Sequence record: SRR22947727_820
Direction: 5' to 3' (one strand)
Length of the DNA: 20,000 nucleotides
Shown here: positions 7,660-16,029 of the stretch, one piece after another
How the letters are laid out: every line of letters begins with the position of its first letter
Position numbering within the stretch: position 1 is the stretch's first letter
Program-made: the position numbers and the translations under genes
The notes under the pieces: generated by a model
What the model saw: the letters and a program-made list of their open reading frames with translations, nothing else
Told to the model about the DNA's origin: nothing
Databases searched by the model: none

Positions 7660-7687
7660 TAGATACAAGTTAGACAGAAATGTTACA
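7660..7687 (-). promoter_or_regulatory. Putative ECF autoregulatory promoter
   Basis: Minus strand TGTAAC-N16-TATCTA just upstream of the sigma gene. AAC at -35 and TCT at -10 are typical of ECF promoters. Confidence 0.55.
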
Positions 7688-7711
7688 GTTTCAAATCATT
7701 TAATGAGACAA

Positions 7712-7726
7712 TGGCACAGGAATTGT
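7712..7726 (+). promoter_or_regulatory. Putative sigma54 (-24/-12)-like element upstream of lon
   Basis: TGGCAC-AGGAA-TTGT, with GG and GT separated by 10 nt; 130 nt upstream of the lon ATG. Confidence 0.5.
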
Positions 7727-7856
7727 CTATATGATTTCAAATAAAAGCGACTAGATTCCTCAATTCAGGGGCTTTTAGTCATTTTTAAAGTAGATAAATA
7801 ATTTTTAAAACCGAAACCGATGTTTGCAAATGACATTATGACGGGTATATAGGGCT

Positions 7857-10307
7857 ATGAGTAATTCGAATTTTTTACATATTGACAGTATGTCACTACA
7901 AGGGATAGATGAAGATGCAGATTTAATTCCTTTAATGACCCCTGAAGATGAAGCAGAAATAAATAATGAATCCCTTCCTGAATCTTTGCCTATTCTCCCT
8001 TTGAGAAATATGGTTTTATTTCCGGGTGTTGTGGTGCCAATCACTGCTGGGAGAGACAAGTCCATTCAATTAATAAAAGATGCCAACAATGGAGATAAAG
8101 TGATTGGAGTGGTGTCTCAAAAAGACCAAAACACAGAGAATCCAGGCGCTAATGACATTAGTAGAATTGGAACTGTGGCTAGAATTCTAAGGGTCTTGAA
8201 AATGCCCGATGGAAATACTACGGTAATCATCCAAGGGAAAAAGCGTTTTGCTATAAAAGAGGTGGTTTCTGAGGATCCCTACATTAAAGCGACTGTTAAG
8301 GAAACACCTGAACATAGACCTGAGCCAGAAAACAAAGAGTTTTTGGCCATTATAGATTCTATAAAGGAATTGGCATTACAGATCATTAAAAACAATCCAA
8401 ACCTTCCTTCTGAGGCTTCCTTTGCAATTAAAAATATAGAGAGCAATTCTTTTTTAATCAATTTTGTGTGCTCTAACCTTTCTGTTTCTCATAAAGAAAA
8501 ACAAATTTTATTAGAGACGCCTGATTTACAGGAACGTGCTTTAGCCACCTTAAAGTTTATGAATGTTGAAATGCAAAAGTTGCAATTGAAAAATGACATT
8601 CAATCTAAGGTGCGCAATGATTTGGACCAACAGCAGAGAGAGTATTTTTTGCACCAGCAAATGAAAACCATTCAAGAAGAATTGGGTGGGGTGTCTTATG
8701 AAGAGGAAGTGAATGAAATGCTTGCTGCGGCTAAGAAGAAAAAATGGACAGATAAAGTAAGTTTGCATTTTGACAAAGAGTTGGGTAAGCTGCAGCGAAT
8801 GAATCCTCAAGTAGCAGAATACTCTATTCAAAGAAATTATTTAGAACTCTTTTTGGACCTTCCTTGGGACCATTTTTCAAAAGATGTATTTGACCTGAAA
8901 CGCGCCCAAAAAATATTAGACAGGGATCATTTTGGTTTAGAAGATGTTAAGAGACGTATTTTAGAACATCTGGCTGTTTTAAAACTTAGAAACAATATGA
9001 AGTCTCCTATCCTCTGTCTATACGGACCTCCAGGGGTGGGTAAAACTTCCTTAGGTAAATCCATAGCAGCCTCTTTAGGTAGGGAGTATGTCCGTATGTC
9101 GCTTGGTGGTCTAAGGGATGAAGCAGAAATTAGAGGGCATAGAAAAACCTATATTGGTGCCATGCCAGGAAGGGTTTTACAGAGTTTAAAGAAAGCGGGT
9201 ACTTCTAATCCAGTCTTTGTATTAGATGAGATAGATAAATTGTCTAATTCCCATCAGGGAGACCCATCTTCTGCTCTTTTAGAGGTATTAGATCCTGAAC
9301 AAAATGGTGATTTTCACGATAATTTTTTGGAAATGGGTTACGATCTTTCCAAGGTGTTGTTTATTGCCACTGCAAATAATTTAGGGGCTATTCAGCCTGC
9401 TTTATTGGATCGTATGGAGCTCATTAATGTGTCTGGATATACGATTGAAGAAAAAGTAGAAATTGCCAAACGCCACTTGTTGCCTAAGCAATTAAAAGAA
9501 CATGGTGTAACGGCAGATCAAATTAAAATAGGCAAGCCACAATTTGAAAAAATTGTCGCAGGATACACTAGAGAATCAGGCGTGAGAAACCTAGACAAGC
9601 AATTGGCTAAAATGGTTAGAAACACCGCGAAATCTATTGCTATGGAAGAAGCTTATGAAGTTAAAATTACTCCAGAGCACATTGAAAAAGTATTGGGTGT
9701 ACCGAGATTAGAACGCGATAAATATGAAAACAATAAGGTTGCAGGGGTAGTAACTGGTTTGGCATGGACCTCTGTTGGTGGAGATATTCTGTTTATTGAG
9801 TCCATTCTTTCCAAAGGTAAAGGGCTCATGAATATTACCGGTAATTTAGGAAAGGTCATGAAAGAATCTGCTACTATAGCCCTAGAGTACATTAAGGCTC
9901 ATGCGGAGGAATACGGTCTTTCTGACGATATTTTCGAAAAGTACAATGTTCACATTCATGTACCGGAAGGAGCCACGCCTAAAGATGGACCAAGTGCAGG
10001 GATTACCATGCTTACTTCTTTAGTATCTCTTTTCACGCAGAGAAAAGTAAAATCTCGTTTGGCCATGACAGGAGAAATTACCCTGAGGGGAAAGGTGTTA
10101 CCAGTAGGAGGAATTAAAGAGAAAATACTTGCAGCCAAAAGAGCAAATATTAATCAAATTATACTCTGTGAGGAAAACAGAAAAGACATTGCGGAGATTA
10201 AAGAAGCCTATTTAAAAGGTGTGACTTTCCATTATGTGTCTGACATGAGTGAAGTTGTGGCATTGGCATTGACCAAAGAGCAGGTGGCTGAACCTAAAAA
10301 ATTGTAA
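7857..10307 (+). CDS. lon: ATP-dependent protease La (LonA)
   Basis: N-domain [13 protein letters not shown], Walker [10 protein letters not shown], Walker B LDEIDK, catalytic PKDGPSAG and PVGGIKEK; 816 aa. Confidence 0.98.
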   Translation: MSNSNFLHIDSMSLQGIDEDADLIPLMTPEDEAEINNESLPESLPILPLRNMVLFPGVVVPITAGRDKSIQLIKDANNGDKVIGVVSQKDQNTENPGANDISRIGTVARILRVLKMPDGNTTVIIQGKKRFAIKEVVSEDPYIKATVKETPEHRPEPENKEFLAIIDSIKELALQIIKNNPNLPSEASFAIKNIESNSFLINFVCSNLSVSHKEKQILLETPDLQERALATLKFMNVEMQKLQLKNDIQSKVRNDLDQQQREYFLHQQMKTIQEELGGVSYEEEVNEMLAAAKKKKWTDKVSLHFDKELGKLQRMNPQVAEYSIQRNYLELFLDLPWDHFSKDVFDLKRAQKILDRDHFGLEDVKRRILEHLAVLKLRNNMKSPILCLYGPPGVGKTSLGKSIAASLGREYVRMSLGGLRDEAEIRGHRKTYIGAMPGRVLQSLKKAGTSNPVFVLDEIDKLSNSHQGDPSSALLEVLDPEQNGDFHDNFLEMGYDLSKVLFIATANNLGAIQPALLDRMELINVSGYTIEEKVEIAKRHLLPKQLKEHGVTADQIKIGKPQFEKIVAGYTRESGVRNLDKQLAKMVRNTAKSIAMEEAYEVKITPEHIEKVLGVPRLERDKYENNKVAGVVTGLAWTSVGGDILFIESILSKGKGLMNITGNLGKVMKESATIALEYIKAHAEEYGLSDDIFEKYNVHIHVPEGATPKDGPSAGITMLTSLVSLFTQRKVKSRLAMTGEITLRGKVLPVGGIKEKILAAKRANINQIILCEENRKDIAEIKEAYLKGVTFHYVSDMSEVVALALTKEQVAEPKKL

Positions 10308-10312
10308 ATTTG
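10305..10312 (+). promoter_or_regulatory. -7 box (TAAATTTG) for cmk overlapping the lon stop codon
   Basis: Exact TAnnTTTG whose first three bases are the lon TAA; 20 nt before the cmk ATG. Confidence 0.5.
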
Positions 10313-10332
10313 CAATGATTTAAAACCATTAA

Positions 10333-11022
10333 ATGAAAAAAATAACCATCGCTATAGACGGATTTTCCTCTACTGGAAAAAGCACCATCGCTAAAAAATT
10401 GGCCAAATCATTGGGTTATATTTATGTAGACAGTGGCGCAATGTATCGTGGGGTGACTTATTTTGCCATGCAGCAGGGTTTTATTAAAGACGGAATATTA
10501 GACAAAACAGCCCTTGTGAATTCGTTGGATCAAATAGACCTTCAATTTAAATTTGTGGCGGGTCAACAGGACGCTGCTATGTTTTTAAACGGAGCGAATA
10601 TAGAAAAACCTATAAGAACCCTTGCCGTTTCTCAGCAGGTGAGTCCTGTAGCGACTGTCCCAGAAGTGAGGGAGAAATTAGTGGCTTTACAGCAAGCAAT
10701 GGGCATTCAAAAAGGCGTTGTGATGGACGGTAGAGATATTGGAACCGTGGTTTTTCCTGAGGCAGAATTAAAATTTTACCTCACTGCTTCTGCAGACACT
10801 AGGGCCCATAGAAGGTATGAGGAGCTCATTGACAGGGGAGATAAGGTACATTTTGACGCGGTGCTTAAAAATGTTCAAGAGCGTGATTATATAGATTCTC
10901 ATAGAGCGACATCGCCTTTGAAAAAGGCAGAGGGGGCAGTGGAAATTGACAATAGTGATATGGGTCTTGAAGAACAATTTGAGCGCATATTAAGTCATGC
11001 CAATGCCTTGATTGCGTTTTAA
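10333..11022 (+). CDS. cmk: Cytidylate kinase
   Basis: IAIDGFSSTGKST P-loop, DSGAMYR, VMDGRDIGTVVFP and ERDYIDSHR. Confidence 0.97.
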   Translation: MKKITIAIDGFSSTGKSTIAKKLAKSLGYIYVDSGAMYRGVTYFAMQQGFIKDGILDKTALVNSLDQIDLQFKFVAGQQDAAMFLNGANIEKPIRTLAVSQQVSPVATVPEVREKLVALQQAMGIQKGVVMDGRDIGTVVFPEAELKFYLTASADTRAHRRYEELIDRGDKVHFDAVLKNVQERDYIDSHRATSPLKKAEGAVEIDNSDMGLEEQFERILSHANALIAF

Positions 11023-11096
11023 TATTTTAACAGCTATTCCATTACTTTTTGAAAAGACACTTTTAATAATAACACTTTAATTTAGTGGTGTTTAGA

Positions 11097-11127
11097 TTTG
11101 TATTTCCCTAATTAAATTGTATTTTTG
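11097..11127 (+). promoter_or_regulatory. Canonical Bacteroidota promoter for rpsA
   Basis: TTTG (11097-11100), 19-nt spacer, TATTTTTG (11120-11127): a full -33/-7 consensus. Confidence 0.75.
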
Positions 11128-11188
11128 CACACCTTTTTAGCAAATAGTCAAGAGGAAAAGGGACTTAAATATTTTAATCATTCACAAC

Positions 11189-11226
11189 TTCTGTAGGTAT
11201 TGCGCGCTCTTGTAAGCCTTTCAGAA
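11189..11226 (+). promoter_or_regulatory. Stem-loop in the rpsA 5' leader (candidate cis-regulatory RNA)
   Basis: TTCTG (11189-93) pairs with CAGAA (11222-26), AGGT with GCCT, and TTGCG with TGTAA (includes G-U pairs). It ends 19 nt before the ATG. Folded by eye. Confidence 0.45.
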
Positions 11227-11245
11227 TACAAATTTTAATCTTCAA

Positions 11246-13075
11246 ATGACTGAAGAAAACACAAACGCAGCAGCAGAAAATGAAGCTGTAGCAGCACAAG
11301 CGACTACTGAAACAGTAGCGCAAGACCCAAAAGAATTTTTGGAAAACTTTAACTGGGACAAATACGAGCAAGGAATTGAGCGTGTTGAAGAGTCTAAGTT
11401 AGAAGAGTTTGAAACTTTGGTTTCAGCAAATTTTGTAGACACCGCAGATGAAGAAGTAGTGGTTGGAAAGGTAGTTTACCTTACTGAGCGCGAAGCTATC
11501 ATTGACATTAATGCCAAGTCTGAAGGGGTAATCTCTTTAAATGAATTCCGTTACAATCCTGACTTAAAAGTAGGGGATGAGGTAGAGGTTCTTATTGACA
11601 TTAGAGAAGACAAAACAGGTCAGTTGGTTTTATCTCACAGAAAAGCGAGAACTATTAAAGCTTGGGATCGTGTAAACAATGCACATGACAAAGAAGAAGT
11701 AGTGAACGGATTCGTGAAGTGTAGAACTAAAGGAGGTATGATCGTAGATGTATTTGGAATTGAGGCGTTTTTGCCAGGTTCTCAAATTGACGTGAAGCCT
11801 ATTAGAGACTACGACCAATACGTTGGAAAAACAATGGAATTCAAAGTTGTTAAAATTAACCATGAATTCAAAAACGTTGTTGTTTCTCACAAAGCGCTTA
11901 TTGAAGCAGATATTGAAGAGCAGAAAAAAGAAATCATTGGCCAATTAGAAAAAGGACAAGTCTTAGAAGGTGTTGTTAAAAACATTACTTCTTACGGGGT
12001 GTTTATTGATCTTGGTGGTGTAGATGGTTTGGTTCACATTACAGATCTTTCTTGGTCTAGAATTAACCACCCGAATGAAGTGGTTGAGTTAGATCAGAAA
12101 TTGAACGTAGTAATCTTAGACTTTGACGACAACAAATCTAGAATCCAATTAGGTCTTAAGCAGTTAGAGAAGCACCCATGGGAAGCTTTAAGCGACACGA
12201 TTGCTATTGGAGACAAGGTAAAAGGTAAAGTAGTTGTTATTGCAGATTACGGCGCATTTATAGAAGTAGAAGAAGGTGTAGAAGGATTGATCCACGTTTC
12301 TGAAATGTCATGGTCTACGCACTTGCGTTCGGCCCAAGACTTTGTAAAAGTAGGTGATGAGGTAGAAGCTGTTGTATTGACTTTAGACCGTGAAGACCGT
12401 AAAATGTCTCTTGGTATTAAGCAATTAACGCAAGATCCTTGGACGGACATTACAACTAAATACCCAGTGGCTTCTAAGCACAAAGGTATTGTAAGGAACT
12501 TTACTAACTTCGGTGTGTTTGTTGAATTAGAAGAAGGAATTGACGGATTAATTTATATTTCTGACCTTTCTTGGACTAAGAAAATTAAGCACCCATCTGA
12601 ATTTGTTGCTGTTGGTGACACTTTAGAGGTTGAGGTATTAGAACTTGACGTTGATGGTAGAAAATTAAGTCTTGGTCACAAGCAAACTACCGTTAACCCT
12701 TGGGATAAATACGAGACTGAATTCGCATTAGATTCTTTACATACTGCTACTATTGCAGAGATTGTAGACAAAGGAGCTACTATTAACTTCAATGAAGATA
12801 TTGTTGCCTTTGTTCCTTCTAGACACCTAGAAAAGGAAGACGGATCTAAATTAAACAAAGGCGATGAAGCCCAGTTTAAAGTAATTGAATTCAATAAAGA
12901 GTTCAAGCGTGTGGTAGCAAGCCATACTGCTATCTTTAGAGAAGAAGAGCAACGCAATATTCGCACAGCTGTTAAGAAGGCTTCTGCGAGTGCAGACGAA
13001 GCAAAACCAACTCTTGGTGATGCTAACGAAGCATTACAAGCGTTAAAAGATAAAATGGAAGGAAAAGGAAACTAA
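11246..13075 (+). CDS. rpsA: 30S ribosomal protein S1
   Basis: Repeated S1 domains (GVFIDLGGVDGLVHITDLSW, GAFIEVEEGVEGLIHVSEMSW, GVFVELEEGIDGLIYISDLSW); follows cmk; 609 aa. Confidence 0.98.
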   Translation: MTEENTNAAAENEAVAAQATTETVAQDPKEFLENFNWDKYEQGIERVEESKLEEFETLVSANFVDTADEEVVVGKVVYLTEREAIIDINAKSEGVISLNEFRYNPDLKVGDEVEVLIDIREDKTGQLVLSHRKARTIKAWDRVNNAHDKEEVVNGFVKCRTKGGMIVDVFGIEAFLPGSQIDVKPIRDYDQYVGKTMEFKVVKINHEFKNVVVSHKALIEADIEEQKKEIIGQLEKGQVLEGVVKNITSYGVFIDLGGVDGLVHITDLSWSRINHPNEVVELDQKLNVVILDFDDNKSRIQLGLKQLEKHPWEALSDTIAIGDKVKGKVVVIADYGAFIEVEEGVEGLIHVSEMSWSTHLRSAQDFVKVGDEVEAVVLTLDREDRKMSLGIKQLTQDPWTDITTKYPVASKHKGIVRNFTNFGVFVELEEGIDGLIYISDLSWTKKIKHPSEFVAVGDTLEVEVLELDVDGRKLSLGHKQTTVNPWDKYETEFALDSLHTATIAEIVDKGATINFNEDIVAFVPSRHLEKEDGSKLNKGDEAQFKVIEFNKEFKRVVASHTAIFREEEQRNIRTAVKKASASADEAKPTLGDANEALQALKDKMEGKGN

Positions 13076-13096
13076 TCCTTTTGTTTGAATCATTTT

Positions 13097-13129
13097 AAAA
13101 GCCCGGGCTAATGCCCGGGTTTTTTTTTT
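13097..13129 (+). terminator. Intrinsic terminator of rpsA
   Basis: AAAA-GCCCGGGC-TAAT-GCCCGGGT followed by a T run to 13129, starting 21 nt after the stop codon. Confidence 0.92.
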
Positions 13130-13217
13130 GCAAAGCGAATAGCTGTTGGTTTTTCATTCTCCACTTGTACACTTTAGCATAATTGGTATTCTAGGGCTGT
13201 GAATTGAAAAAATTCCC

Positions 13218-13225
13218 TATTTTTG
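13218..13225 (+). promoter_or_regulatory. -7 box (TATTTTTG) for the pyrR operon
   Basis: Exact TAnnTTTG, 26 nt before ATG 13252. Confidence 0.55.
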
Positions 13226-13251
13226 TCTCGCAAACGCCTACACTGGAGCTT

Positions 13252-13788
13252 ATGAGCCAAAAAGTACTTCTTTCTGAAAAAGAAATTCACATTATCCTTC
13301 ACAGGTTGGCTTGCCAGTTGTTAGAAAGTCATCTCGATTTTTCTAATACGGTATTGATTGGTTTGCAACCTAGAGGAATATTTTTAGCAAAGCGTTTGGC
13401 GCAAATTCTCCAAGAGGACTATAAGGTTAAAGACATTGCCCTGGGTTTTTTAGACATCACCTTTTTTAGGGATGATTTCAGAAGGGACGGCAAAACACTT
13501 ACGGCCAACAAGACCCAAATAGATTTCCTTATAGACAGTAAAAAAGTGGTCCTCATAGACGACGTTTTGTATACCGGTAGGAGTATTAGAGCTGCACTCA
13601 CCGCACTACAGTCCTTTGGTAGGCCTGAAGAAATTGAGTTACTTACGCTTATAGATAGAAGGTTTAGCAGACATTTGCCAATTCAGCCTAATTATAGGGG
13701 GAGGCAAGTAGACGTGATTGACCATGAAAAAGTAAAGGTGTGCTGGAAAGAGCAAGATGGAGAAGACACCGTATATTTAATAAACTAA
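13252..13788 (+). CDS. pyrR: Bifunctional pyr regulator / uracil phosphoribosyltransferase PyrR
   Basis: LDITFFRDD, PRPP loop VVLIDDVLYTGRSIRAAL and LIDRRFSRHLPIQPNY. Start placed at ATG 13252 (MSQKVLL). Confidence 0.93.
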   Translation: MSQKVLLSEKEIHIILHRLACQLLESHLDFSNTVLIGLQPRGIFLAKRLAQILQEDYKVKDIALGFLDITFFRDDFRRDGKTLTANKTQIDFLIDSKKVVLIDDVLYTGRSIRAALTALQSFGRPEEIELLTLIDRRFSRHLPIQPNYRGRQVDVIDHEKVKVCWKEQDGEDTVYLIN

Positions 13789-13813
13789 CGCCTTAAAAAA
13801 ATACATCTAAAAA

Positions 13814-14752
13814 GTGCCAAATCCTAACAGACAATTAAGTGTAAAACACTTGCTCGGGATTAAATATCTCCAAGAGACAGACATTGATCTTATTTTTGAA
13901 ACGGCAGACCACTTTAAAGAAGTGATTAACCGCCCTATTAAAAAAGTACCTTCTCTCAGAGACATCACTATTGCGAATATATTTTTTGAAAATTCTACCA
14001 GAACGAAACTCTCTTTTGAGTTGGCAGAGAAAAGATTGTCTGCAGATGTCCTTAATTTTTCTGCATCACAGTCTTCTGTCACAAAAGGAGAAACCCTTAT
14101 AGATACTGTCAACAATATCTTATCTATGAAAGTAGATATGGTGGTAATGCGACACCCTAATCCAGGCGCAGGCGTATTGCTTTCTAAACATATTAATGCG
14201 GCTATAATAAACGCAGGAGACGGTGCTCATGAGCACCCCACACAGGCGCTACTAGACTCTTATTCTATTCGCGAGCGATTGGGAGATGTGGCTGGTAAGA
14301 AAGTGGTTATTGTAGGAGATATTCTCCATTCAAGAGTTGCTTTGTCTAATATTTATGCCCTAAAATTACAGGGAGCAGAAGTGAAGGTGTGCGGTCCCAA
14401 AACCCTGATACCAAAGCATATTGAGTCTTTGGGTGTTAGCGTAGAAACAGACCTTCGTAAGGCACTTAATTGGTGTGATGTAGCCAATATGCTTCGCGTT
14501 CAAAACGAGCGTATGGATATTAGCTACTTTCCAAGTACCAGAGAATACACCCAATTGTACGGGGTAAATATGGATCTGTTAAACAGCTTAGACAAAGATA
14601 TAGTGATCATGCACCCTGGACCTATTAATAGGGGTGTAGAGATTACCTCAGAGGTAGCAGATTCCAATCAGTCTATCATTTTAAATCAAGTAGAAAACGG
14701 AGTAGCTATTCGCATGGCAGTCATTTATTTATTGGCCTCCAAAATAAAATAA
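13814..14752 (+). CDS. pyrB: Aspartate carbamoyltransferase catalytic subunit
   Basis: FFENSTRT, NAGDGAHEHPTQ, GDILHSRVA and MHPGPINRG. GTG start; no in-frame ATG near the 5' end. Confidence 0.96.
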   Translation: MPNPNRQLSVKHLLGIKYLQETDIDLIFETADHFKEVINRPIKKVPSLRDITIANIFFENSTRTKLSFELAEKRLSADVLNFSASQSSVTKGETLIDTVNNILSMKVDMVVMRHPNPGAGVLLSKHINAAIINAGDGAHEHPTQALLDSYSIRERLGDVAGKKVVIVGDILHSRVALSNIYALKLQGAEVKVCGPKTLIPKHIESLGVSVETDLRKALNWCDVANMLRVQNERMDISYFPSTREYTQLYGVNMDLLNSLDKDIVIMHPGPINRGVEITSEVADSNQSIILNQVENGVAIRMAVIYLLASKIK

Positions 14753-14756
14753 TATC

Positions 14757-15086
14757 ATGGTTCAGATTATTGACCAAACGGCTGTTTTTTCTCAAGAAAA
14801 TCAGGATATGAAGGCTTTTTTAGCCGCCTTGTCGCCGCTTTTAGAAGCGCATCTTTCGCACCATATTATTGTAGCGCTCTCTGAGGAGACGCCCGCAGAA
14901 GCTATTGATATCTCCCTGTTTACTCAATGGTCCACTGACTTTAAAAAATCTGCTAAGTCATTTGTATTAGTGACCAATGCCATTAGTTATGAAGATACTC
15001 CTGAGTCATTATCTGTAGTACCTACCCTCCAAGAAGCTAAAGATGTGATTGAGATGGAAGAGATAGAAAGGGATCTTGGATTTTGA
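14757..15086 (+). CDS. Small acidic hypothetical protein, possibly a degenerate STAS-like domain
   Basis: 109-aa ORF 4 nt after pyrB and overlapping rnz by 4 nt. C-terminus SFVLV...VVPTLQEAKDVIEMEEIERDLGF. No metallo-beta-lactamase motif. Confidence 0.75.
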   Translation: MVQIIDQTAVFSQENQDMKAFLAALSPLLEAHLSHHIIVALSEETPAEAIDISLFTQWSTDFKKSAKSFVLVTNAISYEDTPESLSVVPTLQEAKDVIEMEEIERDLGF

Positions 15087-15988
15087 AAGTCACTATTTTA
15101 GGCTGTTACGCAGCTACACCACGAACATTAACCCATCCTACTTCTCAGGTTCTTGAAATAAAAAACCACTTGTTTTTAATTGATTGTGGCGAGGGTACTC
15201 AGGTGCAGCTCAGAAAGCAAAAAGTGCGTTTTTCTAAAATTAATCATATTTTTATTTCACATTTACACGGCGATCATTTCTTTGGATTACCGGGATTGGT
15301 CGCTACTTTTAGGCTTTTAGGCCGTGTGAACCCGCTGCATATTTACGGGCCTAAAGGAATTAAGGAAGCGGTGACACTACTTTTAAAATTAGGCGATTCC
15401 TGGACCAATTACCCCCTGCATTTTCATGAACTAAGCTCACAAGCACCTGAGGTGGTCTTTGAAGATAAAAAAGTAACTGTTACCACTATACCCTTAGATC
15501 ACAGGGTATATACCAACGGATTTTTGTTCAGAGAAAAAGTTGGCTCACGTAAATTAGAAGCACAAGCAGTGGAGGCTCATGGGATAGATAGCTGTTACTT
15601 TCAGAATATCAAAGACGGGAAAGATGCGCCAAATAAAGCAGGAGAAATAATTCCAAATGCTCAATTGAGTAGTGACCCAAAACCTACTAAAAGTTATGCT
15701 TTTTGTAGTGACACCGCTTATTTCCCTAAAATTATAGCTCAAATTAAAGAAGTTACCGTCCTGTATCATGAGAGTACCTTTTTGGAATCTGAGTCAGATC
15801 TAGCCACTAAAACCAAACATTCTACAGCATCTCAAGCTGCAAAAATTGCCGAATCAGCAGGAGTTAAATCACTGATTTTAGGACATTATTCAACCCGATA
15901 TGATGGTTTGCAGCCTTTTAAAGAAGAGGCGGAAGTTTATTTTAAACCAGTCCTTTTAGCAGACGATGGCAGGGAATTTGAGTTCTAG
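15083..15988 (+). CDS. rnz: Ribonuclease Z (short form)
   Basis: ILGCYAATP, LIDCGEGTQ, SHLHGDH, CSDT, HESTF, HST and GHYSTRY. TTG start overlaps the upstream TGA. Confidence 0.96.
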   Translation: MKVTILGCYAATPRTLTHPTSQVLEIKNHLFLIDCGEGTQVQLRKQKVRFSKINHIFISHLHGDHFFGLPGLVATFRLLGRVNPLHIYGPKGIKEAVTLLLKLGDSWTNYPLHFHELSSQAPEVVFEDKKVTVTTIPLDHRVYTNGFLFREKVGSRKLEAQAVEAHGIDSCYFQNIKDGKDAPNKAGEIIPNAQLSSDPKPTKSYAFCSDTAYFPKIIAQIKEVTVLYHESTFLESESDLATKTKHSTASQAAKIAESAGVKSLILGHYSTRYDGLQPFKEEAEVYFKPVLLADDGREFEF

Positions 15989-16005
15989 AAATCATTCCGT
16001 TTCCT

Positions 16006-16013
16006 TATCTTTG
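16006..16013 (+). promoter_or_regulatory. -7 box (TATCTTTG) for pdxH
   Basis: Exact TAnnTTTG, 16 nt before the ATG. Confidence 0.55.
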
Positions 16014-16029
16014 AATTAAAATATTTGTC

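Noticed and set aside
7805..10138. Short minus-strand ORFs within lon (and similar ones within lpdA, rpsA, pyrB, rnz, ppk1 and miaE)
   Set aside because: All lie antisense to or out of frame within well-supported genes and show no independent coding signal.
11057..11094. ACACTTT(T)AAT direct repeat and weak hairpin between cmk and rpsA
   Set aside because: Short, AT-rich and imperfect; not a convincing terminator or array.
13097..13129. Hairpin as a PyrR-controlled attenuator
   Set aside because: It sits right after the rpsA stop, upstream of the pyrR -7 box, with no PyrR-binding loop or antiterminator. An ordinary terminator explains it.
13204..13251. N-terminal extensions of pyrR (TTG 13204), and likewise ppk1 (TTG 16753) and msrB (2487)
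   Set aside because: They overlap predicted promoters, leaders or the upstream gene; downstream ATGs match the family N-termini.
13805..13819. TGGCAC on the minus strand at the pyrB start (another at the pdxH end)
   Set aside because: No TTG at the -12 position, so these are not sigma54-like elements.
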